Source: an uncultured delta proteobacterium
GTDB lineage: Bacteria; Myxococcota_A; Polyangia; Polyangiales; JAFGIB01
DNA: 64,000 bases
Direction: 5' to 3'
Assembly (NCBI GenBank): GCA_963778655.1
Contig: CAVZVA010000001.1
Span: 1-64,000, forward strand
Shown here: positions 44,231 to 54,633 of the stretch, in pieces
How the letters are laid out: every line of letters begins with the position of its first letter
Position numbering within the stretch: the stretch's first letter is position 1
Translations under genes and position numbers: made by a program
Notes under the pieces: model-generated
Told to the model about the DNA's origin: nothing
What the model saw: the letters and a program-made list of their open reading frames with translations, nothing else
Database searches by the model: none

Positions 44231-45445
44231 CTAGCGCGCGGCCTGGTTGCGGGGAGGCGTGCGCGCCGAGGCGGCTGGATGCTTGTGCCGCTCGAGTGGG
44301 TGCGTGCCCGTGGTCTTCCAGTCCTGCGCGATCCAGTAGCCGATGCCCTCGGCCAGCACCGTGACCTTCTTGAAGCCGTGGTCGAGCAGCTTCTGCGCGA
44401 GCTCGCCGGACTCGGCGTGCGGGCACGCGCAGTAGCTGACCAGCCAGGTGTTCTTGGGCAGCCGCGCCAGGTACGGCGAGGGATCATAGAAGGGCACGCT
44501 GACCGCGCCGGTGATGTGCTCGCGCACGTAGTCGGACGGCGCACGCGCGTCCAGCAGCACCAAGCGGGCGTGGCGCGCGAGCTGCTCGTGGATCACCTTG
44601 CCAGGCGTGGTCTTGGGATAGATCTCGAAGCCGACCGGCTCCGGCCCGTGCGGGTTGAGCGGGATCTTGCCCAGCGGCAGCGGCGCATCGAGCTGAGGCG
44701 GGGCCGCGGCGGCGGCCTCCTTCTTGGCGGCGGCGGTCGCCCCGAAGCTGCGTACCAGCGCCACCATGTCCTCGAGCCCTTGCTGGCCGAGCTTCACCGC
44801 GAACGGCTTCATCTCGGTGCCCGGGCGCCCCATCCAGATCGCAAAGCGCAGGAAGCCGTTGCTGGCGTCGTTGAGCAGATCGGGGTTGCCGATCTGCTCG
44901 TAGGGGCCCTTCACGCCGCGCTCGCCGTGGCAGCGCGCGCACTCGCTCGCGTAGACCGGCTCGGCCCGCTTGGGGTCACCGCGCAGCGGCCTGTTGTCGA
45001 GCGACAGGCGACCGCCCTTCTGCCAGGTGCGGATGAACGCCACAATCGCCTCGATGTCGTCTGGCGACAGCGGCCCGCCGTGCTGCTTGGCCCAGGCCGA
45101 CATGGTCGAGCCGTTGCGGCCACGCGCGATCGCATTGCGCAGGAACGCATCGTCGGCCGACGCCAGAAAGTTCGGCTGGGCCAGCGCCGGCGCGCGGTCG
45201 GCCTTGTAGCCCTCGCCGCGCGCGCCGTGGCACACCGCACAGGTGTGGGCGTACAGCGCGCCGCCGTGCTTCTGCTTGGCGAGCAGCGCCGCAGCCACGG
45301 AATCGGGGGGGGGCTGCGCGGTCTGCTGCTGCGGCGCGGCGGGACGCGCGGCATCGGTGGCGGGTGGCGTGCACGAGCCGCAGCTGAGCGCGGATGCGGC
45401 CAGTGCCGCAGGCAGGAACAGGCGAGGGAGGGGAAGCCAGCGCAT
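44231..45445 (-). CDS. Diheme c-type cytochrome fused to a rhodanese domain (lipoprotein)
   Basis: ALSC lipobox-like; CAVCH and CARCH with distal Met candidates (STMSAW, TEMKPF); rhodanese LLDAR...HITGAVSVP...YCACPHAES. Confidence 0.85.
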   Translation of the reverse strand: MRWLPLPRLFLPAALAASALSCGSCTPPATDAARPAAPQQQTAQPPPDSVAAALLAKQKHGGALYAHTCAVCHGARGEGYKADRAPALAQPNFLASADDAFLRNAIARGRNGSTMSAWAKQHGGPLSPDDIEAIVAFIRTWQKGGRLSLDNRPLRGDPKRAEPVYASECARCHGERGVKGPYEQIGNPDLLNDASNGFLRFAIWMGRPGTEMKPFAVKLGQQGLEDMVALVRSFGATAAAKKEAAAAAPPQLDAPLPLGKIPLNPHGPEPVGFEIYPKTTPGKVIHEQLARHARLVLLDARAPSDYVREHITGAVSVPFYDPSPYLARLPKNTWLVSYCACPHAESGELAQKLLDHGFKKVTVLAEGIGYWIAQDWKTTGTHPLERHKHPAASARTPPRNQAAR

Positions 45446-45897
45446 GCGATCGACAGCGATCCCAGGGACCGCAGGACGCCGAGCACACTACGACGTGCCG
45501 CGGTCGGGGCCAGCGACTTTCTGCGCACAATCCGCGTACCGGCGCCCGAAGCCTGAACGCATACACAGATCCGGAGGGCCCGCGCACGGCCTGCGACCGC
45601 CCCCCGCGATTGACCGCGGCCGTCATCGGATTGGCCCCCAAAGCCAAACGCCGACCGGCTTCACGACACCAGCCGCTTGGGGCGTCGAAGCCCGAGCTAA
45701 CGCGTGGCAAACGCGCCTGCGGGCTTGCTTATCGTCCTATTGCAAAAGGAGGCGCGCGTGGGTAGACAAAACGGTGAAGCGACGTGGTGGTGGGCGCAGG
45801 GTACGCGCGGTGCAATCGCTCGGGACGTGATTGCGCACACTCGGTCGGGCTAGCCGGGTGGAGACCACTCGTCGTCTGCAAACATGTGAGGTGGGTC

Positions 45898-47046
45898 ATG
45901 GGTCGATGTGGAAAGGCAGTGGTCGGGACTTGCTGCGTGCTGTGGATCGCGGCGGGTTGCAGCGGCAGCGACAACGGCAGCGGTAGTCAGACGCAAACCA
46001 GCGGCAACGCGAGCGTAGGGTCGCCGGGGGGCGCGGTTTCGGGCAACGCCACCGGCACCGGCGGCGCGAGCACGATCGGCGGCACGGGTGGCACGCCCGC
46101 GGTTCCGATCGGCGGCGCGGGCACGGCAGCGCCGCCTTCGGTCGCACCGCCTGCGGGCACGGGCGGCAGCGCGGCGATGATTCCCGGCGGCACCGGCGGC
46201 GCCGTAGCGGCGGGAACCGGAGGGACCAGCGGCGCGGCCGGCGCGCCAAGCACGCCGGCTGGACCGGCCGGCCCCGAGGACGGCGATCCGAGCAAACCCG
46301 TGGTCGCGCTGACCGACGTGGCGTGCCGCAATCCTGCGACCCCGACCTTCGGCATCGGCATGCCGAACCTCAAGGTCGACGACCGCGACGTGATCCTCGA
46401 CTACCCGTGCGACAAGCACGAGGGCGCGCCGATGACCTTCATCCTCAACCTGCACGGCACCACGCCGGTGGCGCAGCACTTCTACCAGGAAGGTTACTTC
46501 TCGGCGTATCAGTTCGTGGCCTCGCACAACCTGATCATCGCGACGCCGAGCTCGGTCGTGGAGCAATGGGGCAACGGCGATAACGGTCAGGACGAGCCCT
46601 ACCTGATGGACGTGATCGACTACGTCTACACCAACCTGGGCAGCAAGTTCGACATCCGCTCGATGTGGGTGGGCGGCCACTCCTGGGGCGCGTTCTACAC
46701 CGCGCAGTTCGGCTGCAAGCCGGAGCTGCAGGACAAGGTCAAGGGGCTGATCATCATGAGCGGCTCTCCGACCCCGCCCGCCTGCACCGATCGTGTCGCC
46801 CTGATCGACACCAACGCCGAGATGGACATCGGTCCGCCGCTCGACCAGGGGACCTTCCCGATGCAGCACGGCTGCGACGCCTCGATGATGAAGATGGACG
46901 GCAACAACACCGAGACCTTCTGGCCCAACTGCGACCCGGGCTTCGTGCACGCCAACTATCTGATGCTCGGCAAGATGCACACCGACTTCATGGACAAGGA
47001 AGTGGTGCAGAGCATCGTCGACTGGATCAAGCTGGCTCGCCAGTAG
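45898..47046 (+). CDS. Lipoprotein alpha/beta-hydrolase (esterase-like)
   Basis: Lipobox AAGC; Gly-rich linker; FILNLHG; VGGHSWG; candidate Asp (NAEMD) and His (GKMH). Confidence 0.75.
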   Translation: MGRCGKAVVGTCCVLWIAAGCSGSDNGSGSQTQTSGNASVGSPGGAVSGNATGTGGASTIGGTGGTPAVPIGGAGTAAPPSVAPPAGTGGSAAMIPGGTGGAVAAGTGGTSGAAGAPSTPAGPAGPEDGDPSKPVVALTDVACRNPATPTFGIGMPNLKVDDRDVILDYPCDKHEGAPMTFILNLHGTTPVAQHFYQEGYFSAYQFVASHNLIIATPSSVVEQWGNGDNGQDEPYLMDVIDYVYTNLGSKFDIRSMWVGGHSWGAFYTAQFGCKPELQDKVKGLIIMSGSPTPPACTDRVALIDTNAEMDIGPPLDQGTFPMQHGCDASMMKMDGNNTETFWPNCDPGFVHANYLMLGKMHTDFMDKEVVQSIVDWIKLARQ

Positions 47047-47230
47047 CCAACCCGGGAGCGCGGCTGGCGCAGCGCGCCAGCCAATCGCTTCCATCGCGCA
47101 CGGCAGGAAGGCTCGTGCCCCCCAAGGCACGGGCCAGCTCAGCGCACGCGAGCCCGCGGCACGGCGCTGCACGATCGCGCTTTTCACGCGGCCGCGCTTT
47201 GGCCTACGCTCGGTCCCGAGGAGGGAACAG

Positions 47231-47860
47231 GTGCCAAGCACGAGCTACCCACTACACGACGAACTCCGCGCGCGCGGTGCCCGGCTGCCGCCGCCAACGC
47301 CGCGCCGGCGCGTGGCCTCCAGGCTCGCCGCAGCGGTCCTTGCGCTGGCGCCGGCCGCGGCCTGCAATTCCTCGAAGGCGCCCCCGCCTCCGTCGCTTGC
47401 CGCAGCCGCCCCCGCAGTGCCGAGCCAGCAGGAGCTGGACCGCATCAAGCTGCTCAAGGAGGCCCAGGAGCGCGAGCGGGAGGCACGCAAGAAGAAGCGC
47501 GACGAAATGCGCGCGATGGCCACCGCCACCGTGACCAAGAAGAAGGAGCTCGGCAAGGGCAAGAGCGTGAAGCTCGAGCTCGAGTTCCAGCTCAAGAACT
47601 TGAGCGACAAGGAGCTCACGGTCGCCGAAGGCGCGATGGAGATCCGCGATTCCAAGAACGAGCTGCTCAAGAGCCTGAAGGTGCCGTTCCCGGCTCCGAT
47701 CAAGCCCGGCGCGACGGTCAAGAAGAGCGGCAAGTTTCCCGCCGACCCGGGCAAGCCCACCGATGTCACCCTGGTCAAGACGCCGCTCAAGGAGCTGCAG
47801 CTCAACTGGGTGCCGCAGCACTACCGCTTCGCGGACGGCACCGACGTGCAGGGCGAGTAG
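47231..47860 (+). CDS. Hypothetical lipoprotein (coiled coil plus beta-sandwich-like domain)
   Basis: GGAGG upstream; AAAC lipobox; Lys-rich, good coding bias. Confidence 0.65.
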   Translation: MPSTSYPLHDELRARGARLPPPTPRRRVASRLAAAVLALAPAAACNSSKAPPPPSLAAAAPAVPSQQELDRIKLLKEAQEREREARKKKRDEMRAMATATVTKKKELGKGKSVKLELEFQLKNLSDKELTVAEGAMEIRDSKNELLKSLKVPFPAPIKPGATVKKSGKFPADPGKPTDVTLVKTPLKELQLNWVPQHYRFADGTDVQGE

Positions 47861-47870
47861 CGCGCGGTCG

Positions 47871-48353
47871 CTACTTCCCGCGCTCGAAGCGCCCGCTCTT
47901 GCCACCGCTCTTTTCGTGCAGGGCGATCTCGCCGATCGTCATGCCGCGATCGACCGCCTTGAGCATGTCGTAGACGGTCAGCGCCGCCACCGCGACCGCG
48001 GTCAGGGCCTCCATCTCGGCACCGGTGCGATCGAGGGCCTGCACCCGCGCCTCGATCAGGAGCGCGGAGCGCGCCGGGTCGGGCTGAAGCTCGACCTCGA
48101 CGCCGGTGAGCGCGATCGCGTGGCAGAGCGGGATCAGCTCCGGGGTCTTCTTGGCGGCCTGGATCGCGGCGATGCGCGCCGCGGCCAGCACGTCGCCCTT
48201 GGGCGCCTGCCCCGAAAGCAACAAGGTCAGCGTCTCCGGCCGCATGCTGACCACACCGCGCGCGACCGCGAGCCTGCGCGTGACCTGCTTGCCCGAGACG
48301 TCCACCATGTGCGCGTGGCCGTGCTCGTCGAGGTGGCTCAGCTCGTCGCCCAT
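47871..48353 (-). CDS. moaC: Cyclic pyranopterin monophosphate synthase MoaC
   Basis: [49 protein letters not shown]. Confidence 0.97.
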   Translation of the reverse strand: MGDELSHLDEHGHAHMVDVSGKQVTRRLAVARGVVSMRPETLTLLLSGQAPKGDVLAAARIAAIQAAKKTPELIPLCHAIALTGVEVELQPDPARSALLIEARVQALDRTGAEMEALTAVAVAALTVYDMLKAVDRGMTIGEIALHEKSGGKSGRFERGK

Positions 48354-48360
48354 CGCCGCG

Positions 48361-48368
48361 AGTATAGT
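48361..48368. promoter_or_regulatory. Overlapping bidirectional -10 elements for moaC and the helicase gene
   Basis: AGTATAGT reads TATAGT on + (8 nt before ATG 48377) and TATACT on - (7 nt before ATG 48353). Confidence 0.55.
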
Positions 48369-48376
48369 TGATTTCG

Positions 48377-50314
48377 ATGAGCGACGAAGCCGAGGAAGCG
48401 CTTTCGCGATTGCTCGCGCTGTGGCGCAGGGAGCGCGAGGCGGCACGCGAGGAACAGCGGCGCACGCGCCAGACGCTCGACTTCGGCGAGCGCGTGGCGC
48501 GCGGGCTCGCGCTCAAGGGCCTGACCCTGGAGGACACCGACGCCAGCGCGGGCGGGCGCGCACTGCTGTGGGTGAAGCTCGAGTCGCAAACTGCGCTCGA
48601 GGACGCGCGCATCGGCGTGGGCGATCCGGTGCTGCTGTGGGCGGGCGATCCGGATGGCGAGCGCTGCGAGCGCGGCGTGGTCGCACGCGCGCGCAAGCAA
48701 CGGCTGGCGATCGCGGTCGAGGCCGACTACGCGGAGTTCCTCGAGCAGGGGGCGTTCAACCTGGACCGCGAGGCGCCCGAGGCGACCTTCACACGCGGTG
48801 AGCAGGCGATCGCGCGCTTTCGCGAGGCCGAGCGCGGCAGCCAGCTCGAACGGCTGCGCGAGGTGCTGCTGGGCGAGCGCGCACCCGAGCACGAGGGCCC
48901 CGCGTCGCCGCCGCCGGCGTTCTTGGACGCCGAGCTCGACGCGACGCAGCGCGAGGCGGTGTGCCATGCGCTCGGCGCCAAGGACGTGGCTTTGATCCAC
49001 GGGCCACCCGGTACGGGCAAGACGCGCACGCTGTGCGAGGTGGTACGGCAGGCGCTCGCGCGCGGCGAGCGCGTGCTGGTGAGCGCGGCCAGCAACACCG
49101 CGGTCGACAACCTGGGCGAGCGTCTGGCGCGGCACGGCGTCGCGCTGGTGCGCCTGGGTCACCCGGTACGCGTGTCGCGCGCGCTCGAGGCGCGCACGCT
49201 CGACGCGCTGGTCGAGCAGAGCGAGGCGCGCACGCGCGCGCGGCGCTTCATCGCCGAGGCCAACGAGATCCGGCGCCGGGTGGAACGGCGGCGGGCACGC
49301 GGGCGGCTGCCGTGGCCGGAGGCGAGGCGCATGCTGGGCGAGGCGCGCGCGCTGATGCGGGATGCGCGCCGCACGCTCGACGCCGAGCGCGCACTGCAGC
49401 TGCAGCGGGTGCAGGTGGTGTGCGCGACGGCGGCCGGGGTCGACGTGGCGGCGCTGGGCGGGCTGCGCTTCGATCGCGTAGTGCTCGACGAGGCCACTCA
49501 GGCGGTAGACCCGGTGGCGCTGGCCGCGCTTTCGCGCGGGCAGAGGCTGGTGCTGGCGGGAGACCCCAAGCAGCTCCCACCGACCGTGCTGGACGCGGAG
49601 GCTTCCGCCTCCGGCCTTGCGCGCACGCTGTTCGAGCGGCTGGCCGAACGCCACGGCGAGCGGGTGCTGCGCATGTTGCAGGTGCAGTACCGCATGCACC
49701 GCGCGTTGATGCGCTTTCCCTCGCTCAGCATGTACGACGGGCGCCTGCGCGCGGATGCCGCGGTGGCCGAGCGCAGGCTCGAGGATCTGCCGGGGGTGCG
49801 TCCCGACCCGTTGCGGCCGGGGCCGTGGCACTTCATCGACTGCGCGGGCAAGGGCTTCGCGGAGCGGCGCGCGCACGACGACCCCAGCACCAGCAACCCA
49901 GGGCAGGCCGAGCGCACTGCGCGCGAGGTGCACCGGCTGCTCTCGCGCGGATTGCCGCCGGCCGAGCTGGCCGTGATCACGCCCTACTTGGCGCAGGCGC
50001 GGCTGCTGCGCGAGCGCTTGCGTGCTGCGGTCGAGGCCGGGCTCGAGATCGGCACCGTCGACAGCTTTCAGGGCCGCGAAAAGGAAGCGGTCGTGGTCGA
50101 CCTGGTGCGCAGCAACGACGACGGCCAGGTCGGGTTCCTGGCCGACACGCGGCGCATGAACGTCGCCCTCACCCGCGCCCGGAGCCTGCTGCTGGTGATC
50201 GGGGACGGCGCCACCCTGCAGCGCCACGCGTACTACCGCAGCTTCATGGACGCCGCGGAGGCCGACGGCGCGCACCTGAGCGCGTGGTCCGACGAGGCGG
50301 ACCCGCTGCCCTGA
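48377..50314 (+). CDS. SF1 Upf1-like helicase (IGHMBP2/DNA2-NAM7 family)
   Basis: [57 protein letters not shown]. Confidence 0.92.
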   Translation: MSDEAEEALSRLLALWRREREAAREEQRRTRQTLDFGERVARGLALKGLTLEDTDASAGGRALLWVKLESQTALEDARIGVGDPVLLWAGDPDGERCERGVVARARKQRLAIAVEADYAEFLEQGAFNLDREAPEATFTRGEQAIARFREAERGSQLERLREVLLGERAPEHEGPASPPPAFLDAELDATQREAVCHALGAKDVALIHGPPGTGKTRTLCEVVRQALARGERVLVSAASNTAVDNLGERLARHGVALVRLGHPVRVSRALEARTLDALVEQSEARTRARRFIAEANEIRRRVERRRARGRLPWPEARRMLGEARALMRDARRTLDAERALQLQRVQVVCATAAGVDVAALGGLRFDRVVLDEATQAVDPVALAALSRGQRLVLAGDPKQLPPTVLDAEASASGLARTLFERLAERHGERVLRMLQVQYRMHRALMRFPSLSMYDGRLRADAAVAERRLEDLPGVRPDPLRPGPWHFIDCAGKGFAERRAHDDPSTSNPGQAERTAREVHRLLSRGLPPAELAVITPYLAQARLLRERLRAAVEAGLEIGTVDSFQGREKEAVVVDLVRSNDDGQVGFLADTRRMNVALTRARSLLLVIGDGATLQRHAYYRSFMDAAEADGAHLSAWSDEADPLP

Positions 50315-50340
50315 GCAGCTCGCATCAGGTGCGCGGCGCC

Positions 50341-51066
50341 TTACACAGCGGCATCGAGCGGCGGCACTTCGTCGTCGTCGCCGAGCAGGTCCTCGTCGGG
50401 CCCTTCGCCGGGCGGCGGCGGAACGCTGCCGGTGGTTCCCACCATTCGCGCCACCAGCTCGACCCGCGAATGCACGCCCAGCTTGGAGTAGATGCGCTTG
50501 AGGTAGGTGTGGACCGTGGCCACGGTCAGGCCGGTCTGCTCGGCGATCTGGCGCGTGGACGCCCCCGAGACCAGCAGCGCGACCACCTCCTTTTCGCGCT
50601 TGGTCAGCGGCGTACGGTCCAGGCGCGACTGCACCTCGTGCGCCTTGCGCCGCCCCTCCAGGGCCGGCCGGTTCATGCGCGTCGCGTAGCTCAGGCCGCG
50701 GGCCAGCGCCCGCGCACCCCAGCGGGCGAGCCGCAGGTCCTGACCTTCGAGCTTCTCCGCGCCCTCGGCCAGGAACAGGTGGATAGTACCGAGCACCTGG
50801 CGGCCGTGACGCAAGGGCAGCGAGACCGCGCGGCCGTTCATAGGCGGCGGGGGCGTGCTGTCGAGCTTACGCTTGTCGCCCTGTTCCAGCTCCACGCGAT
50901 AAGAGGTCGCATTGGCCAGGCCTGCGACGAGCTTTGCCGCGCGAGTCGGATAGGTGCGGACGGGATCCAGGTGATTGAGACCCTCAGCGATCTGTAGAAA
51001 CTCTGACGGGACCACGACTCCACCCTTCCATGCTTGGGAACCCGAGATACCAATCTTTGGTGTCAC
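50341..51066 (-). CDS. LuxR-family HTH regulator with a degenerate GAF-like N-terminus
   Basis: LTKREKEVV.L...G.ST.QIA...TVHTYLKRIYSKLGVHSRVEL; start uncertain. Confidence 0.85.
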   Translation of the reverse strand: MTPKIGISGSQAWKGGVVVPSEFLQIAEGLNHLDPVRTYPTRAAKLVAGLANATSYRVELEQGDKRKLDSTPPPPMNGRAVSLPLRHGRQVLGTIHLFLAEGAEKLEGQDLRLARWGARALARGLSYATRMNRPALEGRRKAHEVQSRLDRTPLTKREKEVVALLVSGASTRQIAEQTGLTVATVHTYLKRIYSKLGVHSRVELVARMVGTTGSVPPPPGEGPDEDLLGDDDEVPPLDAAV

Positions 51067-51346
51067 TCACGGGCTCCAGGTCCTTAAGTCATGCGCAGAA
51101 AGCGTACACCGCCGCCTTGTAGCCTGGATGGTAATCGTAGGTATGTCAACCACCCCCACCGCCCTGCCTGAATGTGTACCGCAAAACGCACTACCCGTAA
51201 GGCTCAAAAACCCGTTCAATTACGTCAACTCTGGCCCGCATTGTTAGGGGTATTTCCCGTCTCCATTCAGGGGCGTTGCGGGGTCGCAGACAGCAAGCTA
51301 AGCACCACACGCGGTCACCCGACCGCCAGCCTGACGAGGTAAATGT

Positions 51347-52288
51347 ATGCATTCGCTCATCATTATCGGCTCGGGTCCGGCCGGGCACACGGCGGCCATC
51401 TATGCGGGCCGCGCCAATCTGAAGCCGGTATGCATCGAGGGCGTGGTCAAAGGAGGGGTCGCAGGCGGCCAGCTCATGATCACCTCCGATGTGGAGAACT
51501 ACCCGGGATTCGCCGAGTCGATCACAGGTCCCGAGCTGATGGAACGCTTCAAGCAGCAGGCCGCGCGCTTCAACACCGAGCAGATCAGCGCCGATGTCGA
51601 GCGCGTGGATTTCTCGAGCTATCCCTTCAAGCTCTGGACCGACGAGCGTGAATTCGAAGCCAAGACCGTGATCATCGCCACCGGCGCGAGCGCGCGCTGG
51701 CTCGGGCTGGAGAGCGAGCAGGCGCTGCAGAACCGCGGTGTGAGCGCGTGCGCCACCTGCGACGGCTATTTCTTCCGCGGGATGGACGTGGCGGTGGTCG
51801 GCGGCGGTGACACGGCGATGGAGGAAGCGCTGTACCTCGCCGGGCTGTGCGCCAACGTGACCGTGATCCACCGCCGCGGGGAGCTGCGCGCCTCGAAGAT
51901 CATGGCCAAGCGCGCGCTCGAGCATCCGAAGATCCGCTTCGAGTGGAACAGCGCGGTGGCGGACGTCAAGGACGTGTCCAAGGGTGAGGTCACCGGCCTA
52001 GTGCTGCAGGACCTGCGCACGGGCAAGCAGCGCGAGATCGCGGTCAAGGGGCTGTTCATCGCCATCGGCCACACGCCCAACACCCAGATCTTCCAGGGCC
52101 AGCTCGACCTGGACGAGAACGGCTACATCCGCACCCAGCCCGGCACCACGCGCACCAGCGTCGAAGGCGTGTTCGCGGCCGGCGACGTGCAGGACCACAT
52201 CTACCGTCAGGCGGTGACCGCGGCCGGCACCGGCTGCATGGCGGCGATCGAGGCCGAGCGCTGGCTGGCGGCCCGCGAAGCCTCCTGA
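51347..52288 (+). CDS. trxB: Thioredoxin-disulfide reductase
   Basis: IIGSGPAG, GGQL, CATCDG, GGGDTAMEEA, HRR, AAGDV, RQAVTAAG.GC.AA. Confidence 0.97.
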   Translation: MHSLIIIGSGPAGHTAAIYAGRANLKPVCIEGVVKGGVAGGQLMITSDVENYPGFAESITGPELMERFKQQAARFNTEQISADVERVDFSSYPFKLWTDEREFEAKTVIIATGASARWLGLESEQALQNRGVSACATCDGYFFRGMDVAVVGGGDTAMEEALYLAGLCANVTVIHRRGELRASKIMAKRALEHPKIRFEWNSAVADVKDVSKGEVTGLVLQDLRTGKQREIAVKGLFIAIGHTPNTQIFQGQLDLDENGYIRTQPGTTRTSVEGVFAAGDVQDHIYRQAVTAAGTGCMAAIEAERWLAAREAS

Positions 52289-52357
52289 GCGGTCGCGCAC
52301 CTGCGCCAAAGCGGCGCGCGCCAGGCCGGCGGTGGTAGACTGGCGGCCGGGTCGCCC

Positions 52358-52822
52358 ATGGCCGACGTCCATCAAGCGCTCGCGAACATGAACCTGTTCC
52401 ACGGCCTGTCCGCGGACGGGCTCGAGCGCATCGCGGCGATCGCCGGCGAGGAATCGCACGAGGCCGGCAGCTTCGTGTTCCACGAGGGCGAGATGGGAGA
52501 CAAGCTGTACCTGATTCTCGAGGGCAAGGTGCGCATCTCGCGCGATCTGCCGGGCATGGGCGAGGAGGCACTGGCGGTAATGGGGCCGGGCGAGTCCTTC
52601 GGCGAGATGTCGCTGATCGACGACATCCCGCGCAGCGCCGACGCGCGCGTGCACGAGCGGGCGCGTCTGCTGGTGGTGACGCGGGAAGCGTTCGAGGACC
52701 TGCTGTTCGTGCACAAGGATCTGGCCTATGAGATCCTGTGGAACTTCGTGAAGACGCTGTCGGGCCGGCTGCGCGACGCCAACGACAAGATGGCGTTCAT
52801 GACCGTGACCGCGCGCTTCTGA
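52358..52822 (+). CDS. Stand-alone cyclic-nucleotide-binding domain protein
   Basis: FHEGE.GD.LYLILEGKV, FGEMSL, PRSADA. Confidence 0.9.
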   Translation: MADVHQALANMNLFHGLSADGLERIAAIAGEESHEAGSFVFHEGEMGDKLYLILEGKVRISRDLPGMGEEALAVMGPGESFGEMSLIDDIPRSADARVHERARLLVVTREAFEDLLFVHKDLAYEILWNFVKTLSGRLRDANDKMAFMTVTARF

Positions 52823-52847
52823 ATCTGAGCCGCGGCAGCGCAGCGCT

Positions 52848-53768
52848 TCAGGCGATGCGCTCGAGCGCGCTTGGCTCGCGCGGAATGCGCCCCAGCTCGT
52901 AGCGGCCTACCAGGTCGCCCGGGCGCAGGTGCTCGCCCTCCGCGGCCAGGCCGACGCTGCGCGCCAGTGCGCCGATCACGCGTTCGGGCGCTACCCCGGC
53001 TGCGCGGTAGTCGGCGATCGCGGGCGCGCGGTGGCGCTTGGCCAGGCGCTTGCCGTCGGCGCCCAGCACCAGCGGCACGTGTGCGAAGCGCGGCGGGGTC
53101 GCGCCGAGCGCGCGATAGATCGCGATCTGGCGCGGCGTCGAGCTGAGCAGATCAGCGCCCCGCACCACCTCGGTTATACCCATGGCGAGGTCGTCGACCA
53201 CCACCGCCAGCTGATAGGCGTATAGGCCGTCGGAGCGATGCACGATGAAGTCGTCGCCCTCGGAGGCGGGCTGCGCGCCGTGGACCGCGTCGACGAAGCC
53301 CTCGCCCACGTCCAGCCGAAAGCGCCACGACGCCGCACGCCGCGGCGAGCGCGGGCCGTGCCGGCAAGTGCCCGGATAGCGCGGCCCGAGCTCGCCGTGA
53401 GGTGCGCTCGAGGCGGCCACGAGCTCGGCGCGGGTGCAGGTGCAACGGAACAGATGCCCCGCCTGCCGCAGCCGCGCGAGCGCCGCGTCGTAGCGCGAGC
53501 TGCGCTGCGACTGGCGATAAGGTCCCAACGGCCCGCCCACGTCCGGACCCTCGTCCCAATCGAGGCCCAGCCAGCGCAGGTCTTCCACGATCGCCTGCTC
53601 GGCGCCCTCGACCACGCGCGGCCCGTCGATGTCCTCGATCCGCAGCACCAGCGCGCCCCCCGCGGCGCGCGCCGCCAGCCAGGCCAGCAGCGAGGTGCGT
53701 GCGGTTCCCAGATGCAGCCTGCCGGTGGGCGAAGGCGCGATCCGCCCTCGGTAGGCGGTGACGGCCAT
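52848..53768 (-). CDS. gluQ: Glutamyl-Q tRNA(Asp) synthetase
   Basis: RIAPSPTGRLHLG, LRIEDID, C.CTR, YPGTCR, YQLAVVVDD, RGADLL.ST.RQ, RLAKR; no anticodon-binding domain. Confidence 0.9.
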   Translation of the reverse strand: MAVTAYRGRIAPSPTGRLHLGTARTSLLAWLAARAAGGALVLRIEDIDGPRVVEGAEQAIVEDLRWLGLDWDEGPDVGGPLGPYRQSQRSSRYDAALARLRQAGHLFRCTCTRAELVAASSAPHGELGPRYPGTCRHGPRSPRRAASWRFRLDVGEGFVDAVHGAQPASEGDDFIVHRSDGLYAYQLAVVVDDLAMGITEVVRGADLLSSTPRQIAIYRALGATPPRFAHVPLVLGADGKRLAKRHRAPAIADYRAAGVAPERVIGALARSVGLAAEGEHLRPGDLVGRYELGRIPREPSALERIA

Positions 53769-53874
53769 GCCGCCATTGTCGCACCCCCGAAACACGCGCG
53801 CACGCGCCGCGATCGCATCGCGCGCGCCGCCCGCGCCTTGCCAAGGCAGGCCCGGCCGTGATCTGCTGGGCCCG

Positions 53875-54633
53875 ATGCGCGCCTCCCTCGACGACGTCTG
53901 CGGCTGCTTTCCGACCGGCCGCCACTACGCCGGCATCGCCGATCTGATCGCGCGCACGGTGGTCGACGTGGCCGGCCTGAGCAAGCGCTTCGAGGCGGGC
54001 GCGGCCTGGGCCGAGCAGAAGCTCGCTGTCATCGACTTCGAGACCACGGGTCTATCCCCCGAGCAGGACCGCGTGATCGAGATCGGCGTCGCCTGCTTCG
54101 AGCGCGGGGAGCTGCGCTCGCTGCAGAATTGGCTGTGTAATCCGGGCATACCGGTGCCCGAGCAGGCGCGCGCGATCCACAACATCAGCGACGAGGAGCT
54201 GCGTGACGCACCGGCGTTCGGGGCGGTGCTGCCGGAGCTGCAGGCGCTGATCGAGGACTACCTCCCGGTGGCCTACAACGCGCAGTTCGACCGCGCCTTC
54301 CTGCACGCAGAGCTGGCGCGCGCCGGCGGCGGCGCGCAGCCCGAGAGCGCGCCGGCCGCCTTCCTCGCGGAGGTGGTGTGGGTTGACCCGCTTGTCTGGG
54401 TGCGCGAGCTGCACAAGGAGGAGCGCGGCCACCGCCTGGGCGAGGCCTGCGCGCGGCTCGGCATTCCGCTCGAGAACGCGCACCGCGCTGCCTCCGACGC
54501 GGAGGCCACCGGTCGCGTGCTGCTGGCGCTGGCCCCGCGCATGCCCGCGACCTACGGCGAGCTGGTGCGCCTGCAGAGCCAGTACGCGGCGCGGCAGGAC
54601 ATCGACATCGCGATCAACTGGCGCCGCCGCTAG
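53875..54633 (+). CDS. DEDDh 3'-5' exonuclease (DnaQ/epsilon-like)
   Basis: IDFETTG, AYNAQFD, HRAASDA. Confidence 0.88.
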   Translation: MRASLDDVCGCFPTGRHYAGIADLIARTVVDVAGLSKRFEAGAAWAEQKLAVIDFETTGLSPEQDRVIEIGVACFERGELRSLQNWLCNPGIPVPEQARAIHNISDEELRDAPAFGAVLPELQALIEDYLPVAYNAQFDRAFLHAELARAGGGAQPESAPAAFLAEVVWVDPLVWVRELHKEERGHRLGEACARLGIPLENAHRAASDAEATGRVLLALAPRMPATYGELVRLQSQYAARQDIDIAINWRRR

